NCBI GenBank assembly: GCA_002269645.1
Contig: NIVC01001942.1
Coordinates: forward strand, 1 to 64,000
Source of the DNA: Macrostomum lignano
Lineage: Eukaryota
Direction: 5' to 3'
Length of the DNA stretch: 64,000 nucleotides
Below are positions 1 to 19,800 of this stretch, in pieces; position 1 is the first letter of the stretch; each line of letters opens with the position of its first letter. Made by a program: the position numbers and the translations under genes. Under the pieces are notes generated by a model that was given only the letters and a program-made list of their open reading frames with translations, searched no databases and was not told the DNA's origin.

Positions 1-255
1 AGGCCAATTTTCGTTATCAGGAACGGCAATTGAAACCAGGGCGTGAGATCTGCTAGCTTGTACTTAGCCCCACCATTATAAGAACTTTTTGTTTTGACCA
101 TTTACATTGCTATGAAATGTTCGTGTTAATGAAGAGCTGGTCAGCTTCTCAGCGGGAGCCTGAGACAGTAGTATCGACCTTGATGTTTGTTTAGGACTGC
201 TATAGTTATTAGTAATACACTAACAGCTCGAAAGAAAACGATGGTTGGTCCTCAC

Positions 256-9416
<9,161 letters not shown>

Positions 9417-10575
9417 ATCTAAGCCAATTCAGTCTCTAACGTGATAAATAACAATGGAGGGCGATCAGTTTCCAAGCGGAACGGACAGTCAAACAGGCGG
9501 TCTTGTCGGCGACATCGAACGGCAGTTGCGGCATTGTTCCAGCGGCAGAACACCGGACCAATTAGACCAAAGGTAACGCCAGCAGCTCGTTCACTTCCAC
9601 TATATGTAAGCAGCGATTCCTTTTATAGGGAGTAAATAAGGTTATAAAGTGCAGTGCAGCGAACGGCGGAAGGCGATTCCTTTATTATTCCGTCCAATAG
9701 GGAGTAGCAGTCTTTAACTTGAAAAGATTTTCGCTTTGTATAAAAATCGATAAATTCCCTGCTATAGAATACTGGATAGCGCTAGACTTGGACAGGTGAA
9801 TAAACAATAAACAGGGAATACACAATTGAAGAAGAGAGAATTGAGAGGCTTTTTCAGGCATTTGGCACCTGCCGAGCCTCTGCGCTAAAATTGGTCGGGA
9901 AGGGGACGGAGTTGAGCAGACACGTCAGTAAAACTGAGCCATTTTGAGCTGCTGCTGCTGCATTTAAGGCCTTGGCTATGCGGCACTGGGACTGGCCCGG
10001 CCATGCACTGCTCCCGCGGGTCTCACCAGTTGGGACCAATTGGGACCCGACCTCCCAAGCCTCTGCCAGCCAGCCAGCCTGTTCCGCGCTCCATGGTCCC
10101 GCAATTAGCAATCGAAAATTGGCGACTAAATTTTGCTCGGATAAATCAAAGGGGGCAGGCGAGCTCGGGGGCTGGCGCGCGTAGGGCTTTGAGCATTCTC
10201 ATGCTCGAACTCTATGATGCACGATTGCACTGGCACTGCCAGTAGATGAACTTGAAACGGACCAGTTCAAGAGCATCAAATATGGCTATATATTTAACTT
10301 TTATATCAATACGAAAGTTACGGAAATCAGCCTGTGCTGATGGCAAGCCGTCATCATGCCATCAAGGACCACTGTAGTAGAAGGACTCTGCACTGCTGCT
10401 TTGTCTTCACCTGAAATATTTATTGTAATTGCCTACTGAGAACTCCGAATGCATCACAGAAGAAAGCAACGGGCAGAAAATTGAGCAGTTGTGACACAAA
10501 CTTATACACTATACAAAAAACATTAGCCGCGAGTGCAGACTCCTACTACAGTGGTCCATGCATATCCGCAGCAAC

Positions 10576-10767
10576 TTCCACCCCGAAACCAGTACTTTTC
10601 TCAGGTCTCAGCTCAAAGTGACGCAATTCACGTGTCTCAACAGTGGGTGATGTAATTTGCGTCACAGAGGCCCCAGCTTAGGCTGGTGAGGATCCAGAGT
10701 GGAAAGTCATGGCTTCAGTTGGATTAAAACTGCCACTTGTTGTCCACTGGCTGGTTTCAGGGTGGAA
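10576..10767. mobile_element. Small MITE-like element
   Basis: 17-bp inverted repeat TTCCACCCCGAAACCAG / CTGGTTTCAGGGTGGAA (1 mismatch); inverted homolog at about 3105-3272 and a degenerate piece at about 11215-11265. Confidence 0.6.
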
Positions 10768-11504
10768 ACTTTACCATGTCGCTGATCTATTTAAAAAACT
10801 ACATCCAATCGCGTCAGATCGCAAACTTGGGTTACAAAGTACTCATGTAGGAATTTATTCATGCAGAATTCTTGGCTTTGTCCCCCCACCATCAGACTGC
10901 ATGCCAAGCCTGCTCTTCTTTGTCTCTTTTCAGCTTCAGGTTTGTCTCTTCTCAGCTCTCTTAATTAGCTCCTCTTTTCTCCCCTCTCCTCTCTTCTCCT
11001 TTATTCCCTCCCCTCTCCTTTCTCCTATCTCTCTTCTCTATTCACTCTCCTCTCTCCCTCTGGCCCGCAGTAATGCGTTAGGTTCTCTACCTGGCCATTG
11101 ATGTAAAAGTTTTCCGATCTCTGAAGTAGAGGATTTCAAAGCAGGTTTACTCAACAACATTAAAAAGTCGCCACCTTTGACAGTGCGCAGTAAATTCCAG
11201 CTCAGTATTGACTTTTGAGTGACGCAACTTGCGCCACGCGACGCAGAGCTGGGCTGGGTGAGGAGGGATTGGGAAGAGCGGAGGGCGAAGACTGGATAGA
11301 TTGAAGCTTCCGCCCGGTTTTCATTGTTTTTTTTCTAGCATTTTTAAAAATCAAAATGGTTGGCCAGGTGATAAACACTGGTTGCAAAAAACATTGCTCA
11401 CTGGGGCAAAGACTGCGACTTTTCAATGTTGCTGAGTATATTCTGACCGCAGGGGCGCCGTAATCTAGCGGTCTAGCGCGGCGCTCTGATGTCAGATGTG
11501 ACAT

Positions 11505-11825
11505 GGTCGAGGCTCGATTCCAAGTGCAGTCACATTAATTCGGGGCTAAATTGGAATCTCGGATTGGCTCTGCTTGTGCAATTAACCGCTCAGCTTGAGG
11601 CCCAACCCCAAGGCACAGTGAAGTGTACATGCCTAACGATAAATAAAGTTAGGGCCGCTGTTCACTCCTGTGAGTGTGTGCCTGTGCGTATGACTGCGTA
11701 CGTATCCGCGCGCTTGTGTGCCTGCTTAGGGGAGTCAGCGGAATGGGCAGCAATGCCTCTCGTCGGTTGTGCCTATGTCGCTTAAAGTGCGCCAGGGTGC
11801 ACACAGCCCCTGCCTCTGATGAAAA
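11505..11825 (+). mobile_element. SINE family B, 5'-truncated
   Basis: Homologous to 4734-5091 from the B-box (GGCTCGATTCCAAGTGCAGTCAC) to the CCCCTGCCTCT tail. Confidence 0.85.
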
Positions 11826-12685
11826 ATTTTTGACCGCAGAACTTCATTTCTACACTTGGTGCTGATTTTAAAAGAAATTATTATCCACTGCGATTGCCTT
11901 TACTAGCTATCGTCGAATGCAGTTCTATAGCTAGTGGATGGGGGCTCTAGACTAGACTAAAAGGTTACCTTAACGAATTTATGCTCATCTGAGTTTCAAA
12001 TTAGCCGCATGTCGTGTACCAATTTTAACTGAACCTTAATACGAGTACTAACCGCCAAAATACATGTACAGTCAAAGCCGTGCTCACACATAAATCAATA
12101 ATAAAAAATAAGCTACCAAATAGTTTACAATTATGTATAAAACACGCGATAAGCTGATTGCGAACAATAACGAATGCTGTTTTTATTAGAGTTGCAACTT
12201 ATGAAATATTTAGCAATAAAAAGCTGACAGGAAGTCATGCCTAAGCACCATTTGAAAAGTACAGTCACACACAATAGACAGCGGGCCACAGCATATTAGC
12301 TAAATGTGATGATATTTTAGATACAATAACAAAATAGATTGAAAAACTGGAAATGCTAGCTTGTTAAAAAAGTATTGAAATAATTACTTTATCATTGCTG
12401 CTAAATGCAAGCACAGCAAATAATGCGACACACCAATAAAACGAAGGTAACATTGTTTTACAAAAATAGAATGAATATATAAGAGAGACCAAATCGAGAA
12501 CAATGATTGCACAAACACAGGAGAAATGGCATTATTTAGCTAGCTAATAAAAATGTAGGACAAAAAAGTCCCGACAACACTCAAAAGCTACTATAAGTAG
12601 ACAAGTAGCAGTTTACACGATATACTGATTAAAAATACAAAAATAAGTGATTGGTGAAGATCAGTGACCAGCGATCGGATTCCAC

Positions 12686-14949
12686 TCACTCCTGACCAGC
12701 CACCGGCGAGGTGCCGCGACCTCCGCAGTGCGGGCAGGTGCCGCTGCCGTCTTCAGCGACGGCGTAGGCAGCGGACTCGGCAATAGCAGCGGCGGCGGCG
12801 TCGGCGTCGTTAATCATGGCAGCCAGCAGGTCGGTCAGCTGCCGATTCTCCTCGGCCAGTTTGGCATTCTCTTCCAACGATTCGGACAGAGCCTGTCGGC
12901 GACTCTCGGCCAGTCTGGCCAGATATTCAGGCGAGTCCGGCTGCTCCTCGGCCGTCAGCCAGGCCAGCTCGGCGTCCGGCACACCGGTCTGGACGTTGGC
13001 ATCAGTCAAAGCTGGCGGCAGCTCCGTCTGGGTGGCGGCTTCGCCGACGCGACGCCGATTCGAACGGCTGCTGAGAAATGGGAGATTGAGTAGTTAGCCT
13101 ACAGTGACTGGGTGCTAAGAATGGGAGATTGAGTAGTTAGCCTACAGTGACTGGGTGCTAAGAAATGGGAGATTGGGTAGTTAGCCTACAGTGACTGGGT
13201 GCTAAGAAATGGGAGATTGAGTAGTTAGCCTACAGTGACTGGATGCTAAGAATGGGAGATTGAGTAGTTAGCCTACAGTGACTGGGTGCTAAGAAATGGG
13301 AGATTGGGTAGTTAGCCTACAGTGACTGGGTGCTAAGAATATGAGATTGAGTAGTTAGCCTACAGTGACTGGGTGCTAAGAATGGGAGATTGGGTAGTTA
13401 GCCTACAGTGACTGGGTGCTAAGAATGGGAGATTGGGTAGTTAGCCTACAGTGACTGGGTGCTAAGAAATGGGAGATTGGGTAGTTAGCCTACAGTGACT
13501 GGGTGCTAAGAATGGGAGATTGGGTAGTTAGCCTACAGTGACTGGGTGCTAAGAAATGGGAGATTGAGTAGTTAGCCTACAGTGACTGGATGCTAAGAAT
13601 GGGAGATTGAGTAGTTAGCCTACAGTGACTGGGTGCTAAGAAATGGGAGATTGGGTAGTTAGCCTACAGTGACTGGGTGCTAAGAAATGGGAGATTGAGT
13701 AGTTAGCCTACAGTGACTGGGTGCTAAGAAATGGGAGATTGGGTAGTTAGCCTACAGTGACTGGGTGCTAAGAATGGGAGATTGGGTAGTTAGCCTACAG
13801 TGACTGGGTGCTAAGAATGGGAGATTGGGTAGTTAGCCTACAGTGACTGGGTGCTAAGAAATGGGAGATTGAGTAGTTAGCCTACAGTGACTGGATGCTA
13901 AGAATGGGAGATTGAGTAGTTAGCCTACAGTGACTGGGTGCTAAGAAATGGGAGATTGGGTAGTTAGCCTACAGTGACTGGGTGCTAAGAATATGAGATT
14001 GAGTAGTTAGCCTACAGTGACTGGGTGCTAAGAATGGGAGATTGAGTAGTTAGCCTACAGTGACTGGGTGCTAAGAAATGGGAGATTGGGTAGTTAGCCT
14101 ACAGTGACTGGGTGCTAAGAATATGAGATTGAGTAGTTAGCCTACAGTGACTGGGTGCTAAGAATGGGAGATTGGGTAGTTAGCCTACAGTGACTGGGTG
14201 CTAAGAAATGGGAGATTGGGTAGTTAGCCTACAGTGACTGGGTGCTAAGAATATGAGATTGAGTAGTTAGCCTACAGTGACTGGGTGCTAAGAATGGGAG
14301 ATTGGGTAGTTAGCCTACAGTGACTGGGTGCTAAGAAATGGGAGATTGGGTAGTTAGCCTACAGTGACTGGGTGCTAAGAATGGGAGATTGGGTAGTTAG
14401 CCTACAGTGACTGGGTGCTAAGAAATGGGAGATTGAGTAGTTAGCCTACAGTGACTGGCCGCTCTCAGACTACATCTAACCTGAGCCAAGAAGTTCTATA
14501 AATGTTCAGATTTTCTAGAGTAGAAAAGTTAAGCAAAAATAGCCGTAGTTAGCACCCAGGCAATAAGGGATCTTTTATATGGTATTTTATTGATCATAAA
14601 TCGAGGATAGTCGTTAGAGTTTGCACAGTGGTATCTTTAACTTTCAAACCATCAGACACTGCACATTTTTTCATACATAGGGATGGACCTAAAGACAGAT
14701 TCTAGTACCAAGCAAAGATCCCAAGGATACCCGATTTCTAATCTCTAATTGACAAAACCAAGCACCAATAATCCCATTGATATTGTATTTGAATTCATAA
14801 ATCTGCATAGACACAGACCTGCTAATAGTTGATTTAGCATCAGCAAATGGCTTGAATGCTGTCTTCTTCCGCAGCACAGTTGGCTTCAGCGCTTCCATTC
14901 TCAGACTGTGAGCAATATTTTCTTGGCCCAGATCAAACTTGGATGCCAT
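12686..14949 (-). CDS. GMNN: Geminin-family coiled-coil protein
   Basis: Exons complement(join(12686..13070,14819..14949)), phase 2 compatible. QPDSPEYLARLAESRRQALSESLEENAKL matches the geminin signature P.S.Y...AE.RR.AL.E.L.EN.KL. The upstream exon has a weak donor (GTCTGT). The 3' end may instead splice at GA|GTGAGT near 12688. Confidence 0.7.
13071..14458. repeat. 43/44-bp minisatellite (~32 units) abutting the geminin 3' splice site
   Basis: Unit AATGGGAGATTGAGTAGTTAGCCTACAGTGACTGGGTGCTAAG(A). Confidence 0.97.
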
Positions 14950-15657
14950 TTGAATTTATTGGATCTGATAATCTGCAATGATTATTGGTTCATTAGGGGT
15001 AGATAATGGCAAGTTCATTTTACCAATTGAATGCATGATTATATTATCATAAATAGGTAATAGTTGTAGCAACATTTTCAGTCAAAATCAAGCTGCCAAA
15101 ATCAACTAGTAGGGGCCTAGTTTTAAAGATTGCACATGAATGACTTCAATTATTAAAATAATAGAAAACACAAAGTAAAAAGTTCTAATCCAATATAAAA
15201 AACATTAAAATGACTAATGACTAAGAACATGTTTAATGTGAAAAAACATTTGAATGTTTTTAATACTAAGTGGGGGTAAAAAACTACCTAGATTAAATTT
15301 TAAATTTAATGGCTTACCATAGCTTGTTCCTACTATAACAATAACAATTAGACTTTTACTAATCCTTTTTTCTTCTAAAAGTCAAACCCTATTAGATGGC
15401 AGATAAACTAGTTTTCTAGGCTTATTTTGCTTCTATTTTATTTATATAACAGGTTCACAAATATCTTAACATTTCCTAAATTTTCTAACAGTTTTTTTAG
15501 ATTTGATAGGCCCTCTATATTGGCAAAATTTGTTTTAGAATAGTTTTTTATTTTAATAAGTTATATATTATTGAAATAGGTACTAGCTAATAGAAAAAAG
15601 CTTATAATATAATGGAATAAATATATATGTTTATTTGCTAAAATTTTCTAGCATACA

Positions 15658-15842
15658 CATGGGTAGCGGGAGCTTATAGCATTGGGGGCATGTACCCCCC
15701 AGAAAATGAATCAATGTGGTAATTTTTAGTGCTTTTTCTGATTTGAGGCCCTAATTAACAGCTTATAAAGGTATATATACCCCTTTGCCCTGTGCCCGAT
15801 GCTCCCCCCCCCTCCTTAAAATATTAGGCTCTACCACCCCTG
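15658..15842. mobile_element. hAT-type MITE
   Basis: Imperfect TIR CATGGGTAGCGGGAGC / GCTCTACCACCCCTG; 8-bp TSD AGCATACA at 15650-15657 and 15843-15850. Confidence 0.8.
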
Positions 15843-16493
15843 AGCATACAAGCCACTTTCTTGATTATAATAGTAGAGAATTGAAGTACACTATTTCAAC
15901 AAATGTGTATAATGTATTAGTAACCTAGGCCTTTGAAATAAATATATAAAAAGAGTTAAGAATCTTTTGAATTATCGAACAACCATTAGTAATGCCATAG
16001 GCCTATAGGATTTGTAATTGATAATTAGGCCCCCTAACAATGTTTGCCACTTGAGCACTGAAACTATTAGGTATAAATTATATTGACAATTATATTAAGT
16101 TTAGTTAGTTTTACTTGGTAAATAGTTTAACAATAAAAAAGAGATAATATAAAGAAGCAAAAGGATAGTATTTTAGATAATAAAAAGCAGCTATTTTTTA
16201 GGGTTTTTAGATATGACATCAGAATTAGATTAATATTTACTATGAATGATATTGATAAATCTCTATTAAAGTCTAATAAGTTATTATTTAATAGCTTCAT
16301 TTACTTTAAATAAGATACAATTTCATTTTACTTTAAAGCCAGAAAAGGGGCTAAAAAGTGTATAGATAAAGCTAGGGCAGAGCCTATAGGCTATGCCTAT
16401 GCCTATATTTTGCATAGTCTATTTGGCTATATAGGCCTACTACATTATATCAGCCACATGTAGAAAGAAAAATATAATGTTCCATCTATATTA

Positions 16494-16510
16494 CAATGGC
16501 ACTTCCGGAT
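16494..16510 (-). promoter_or_regulatory. Candidate core promoter motif of the geminin-like gene (ETS site plus overlapping YY1-like GCCATT)
   Basis: Minus strand ATCCGGAAGTGCCATTG in a small GC-richer island about 1.5 kb upstream of the ATG; motif match only. Confidence 0.35.
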
Positions 16511-16810
16511 CCATAGCCGTTAGAAAATGGGTTCTGGTGCCCCGGAACTCTAGCCATTGCCTATTCTACTATTGAATACTTCAATACTGTGAGCCGGCAA
16601 TTGTCAAGTTCCATTTGTTAAATTATTTTGACTCAAGAAAAGTAATCTACAAACTATTTTAAGTAGGCCTACAAATAAATACTTTTAAGAGACATAAATA
16701 ATTATGTCTCTTAAGCACTAAGAACTAATTCTAATCTAAAGTTGTCTTGTACTCTGTTTTTTAACTTGTTGTGTCGATCGCGTAGTGCTACATCCCAAAA
16801 ATTCAGGTAG

Positions 16811-19800
16811 GAGGCTTTTCATATTAGTAGTAGTAGTAGTAGTAAGTTGGCTCAGGCAAGAAGCCTGTTTGGCCAGTATATTTCTGTGTATTTAAGTTAT
16901 TTTAGCATTAGTTGTTTAATTACGATTAAGTTCAAAAGGTTAAATTTGTTCAAAAGGTTAAATTTTTACACGAGTTACGATGCGAGTTACGATATTTGTA
17001 AAATTATTAAGGTATTTGAAAGAGCGTTTTTTTGTAAAAAGATGTAGTATTTTGCAAGCGCGCAATATTTCAAAGCGTGAAAAACAAACGAAAAATGAAC
17101 AAAAACGAACTTCGAAAGAACTTTAACGTTATGGAGTCAGAAAATGTAGAAAAAAATTTGTTGTTTCAATTGGTAATTTTTTTTACAATTTTTTATATCT
17201 CGGTGAAGTGGTCTCGAAAAACATTTTTAAAGCACAAAATATACCCCTTGTTAAGTTTCCTACCAATTTGTTAATTTTAACTCTTACGGAACTGTACGGA
17301 CGCAGAATAAGGAACTAAATATAATATTCAACAAATAAATGTTTTATACTAATGCATAAAACTAATTTTTTGTTCAATGAATATTGCAATAAATGCTTTT
17401 TAAAGTAAATATTTAGTTGGATTTTGTTAAACTGCTTAATTTGTTTACTTCGCGCCTGTTTGTGTTCTGAAATACTCTCGTTTTTTAGCTTACGAACAAA
17501 TAGGCAAACGACAATGATGTATAAATAATTTTACTGAATGGATGGAATGACACGCTACGTATAGGTGTAGGTGTCCTTAAGTTGGTTATAAAATTGCTTC
17601 ATCCATGCTGTAATTTATATTGGTAGTCTAGTTCAGATTAATATTTTATTATCCATGTCCCATTTGATTTGCCCATGTCAAGAATTTTTTTGCTAATGAC
17701 GTAGTAATGAGACATGTAGTGTAAATACGAATTCGTAAAGCTTAGAATTACTTTGAAATTGAGACATGTTTTTATAGCCATAGTCCATAGACTATTCATA
17801 TTATTAACTAATACTGAACTGCTTACTATAGCCCATAGGCATAACTATGCACTCGCACTTGTAAATATACCCCATGTATAGCTAAATAATTAATAAGTAG
17901 CAGGTAAAACAATTAATAACTTTTTTAAATTTTTTTAACTTTCAAACTTTGTATATTAAAATGTAAATAGAATATAAAAAGTGGCTTGGAATATTTTGAA
18001 AAAGATTAATATATTTTCATTCATGATATATTACAACTAGAGTTTTAAGAACTTAGAACATAATTACAATATAAGAAGCAAAAAGTAATATCTATTCTCT
18101 TCAGAAATGCATTTGAATATAGCAATATTTCCTATTGGATAGTTTTGATCAAAAATCAGGGAATTAATGTCTACTAACAGATTTAATTTATATTGTAATC
18201 TATTTTATATTCCTAATCTGCTCTAATAGAAATTATTTAACCTTATTTAAAATGATGTTTTTCACTTTTATTCAAGCAATGCCAGGACTTCTTTGAGACT
18301 GCTCTTCATATGCCTTTCATTCTGAGCTCTAGGCCTTAGGCCTTACCTACCTAAAGCCCAATGTAAACAATGAAACTAGTGGAGTTCCTGCATGTCATCT
18401 TCACAATTGGTTGAGTGAATCAAGCACTTTATTTATGTACAAACCTAGTCTATCCAAACAAACTGTTGCAATGTTGGCGACTCCACTTAGCAGCCCACTT
18501 CTGCCCACAGGCCACAGCTGGTTCAGGAGGTGCTGCGCAGCTTACTTTTGGATTATGGCACCGCGAATTCTGGTGGCTATGTGGCCTACATTTTCGCACA
18601 TACCACGAGGCGCACCTTTTTCTTTTTAAGGACCTTATGTTTGTCAGCGTGCTATTGTGTAGGCCTATTGTGTAGGCCTGAGATATACCGAAAATATTGC
18701 TTTGAATTTAAGTTAATTGATCTGCTTCAGGACTTTAATACTTGTGCCTAAAACTTCTAAAACCTATTGTTGTTGTCTGTTCGTCTTTTTCTTTTTAAAA
18801 ATTAAAAGGCCTTAAAAGCTTTATTTAGAGCTTTGTGAGATTCGAATTTGTCTTGAAACTTGAAACTTGAAACTGGATAGGGGCATAGCCAAATAACTTG
18901 TCTACCCTTCTTGAGACAGCCACATGGATTTTCTGTTCTGATCTGTACGGAACTTTAAGCGCATGGTTTAAAAATGTTCACTTATGTCAAATCGGGGGTA
19001 TCGGTTTACCTCATCTTACTTTACTTACACATACATGCATACGAGTATTTAGCTTCAAAATTGATTTTGACTTGGAAGGCTATTATATCTGAGACAAATG
19101 AAAATATGGAATATTTTGGGCTTGTGCCGGGCTATCGTAGCTATATGTTCGTTTTCTCTATTTGGTACTCGTACTCGTACACTGGCATTCTGTCTTGAGT
19201 GCTCTTTACGAGTATAGAGTTGTTTTTTATCTTCCTCTTTACTTTCCATCGTACTTTATAGTGTAGCTACAGTACGGAAGTTTTATCTCCATAGGTTGTG
19301 TCGTTATCGTAAGGATTATATTCTGTTTCTACAATACATTTATCGCATCGAGTACAGCCGGAGCTAAGTGTTTTTCTCGTTTTATGACATTTTATCTCCT
19401 TGGCTTAAAAGTAATGTAAGAAGTTTAAAACTACATGTACTTTCCTCAACTAACACCATCGTCGCGTGTAATCGACGTCATACTTTACAATTCTCGAGCA
19501 TTCATGCAGCTGACATCGCAGAAGAAGTTCCTTTGCCGGTTGATGTCAGTTTGCGGAGGCAGATCGACACACTGAGAGTGCAACCAGCGCTTGCAACCAT
19601 CGCACTGCACCCACTGGGCATCTGATGGCTGCAGACAGATCTCAGCATCGCATGCATTAACCTCGGCGACAGCACTCCGAGCGCCACGCCCTCTTCCACG
19701 GCCACGGCCTCGTCCATGCCTGCGTCCGCATCCACCGCTTCGTCCCTGGCCCTGTTCACTATCAGCGACAGAGGAAGAGGCAACAACAGTACTAGCACTA

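Noticed and set aside
13071-14458. This and other tandem arrays as CRISPR arrays
   Set aside because: Units are directly adjacent with no unique spacers, there are no cas genes, and the DNA is eukaryotic and spliced.
18270-18750. Moderately GC-rich patch with several short ORFs next to the transposase
   Set aside because: No frame gives a recognisable or long product; possibly a decayed TE fragment.
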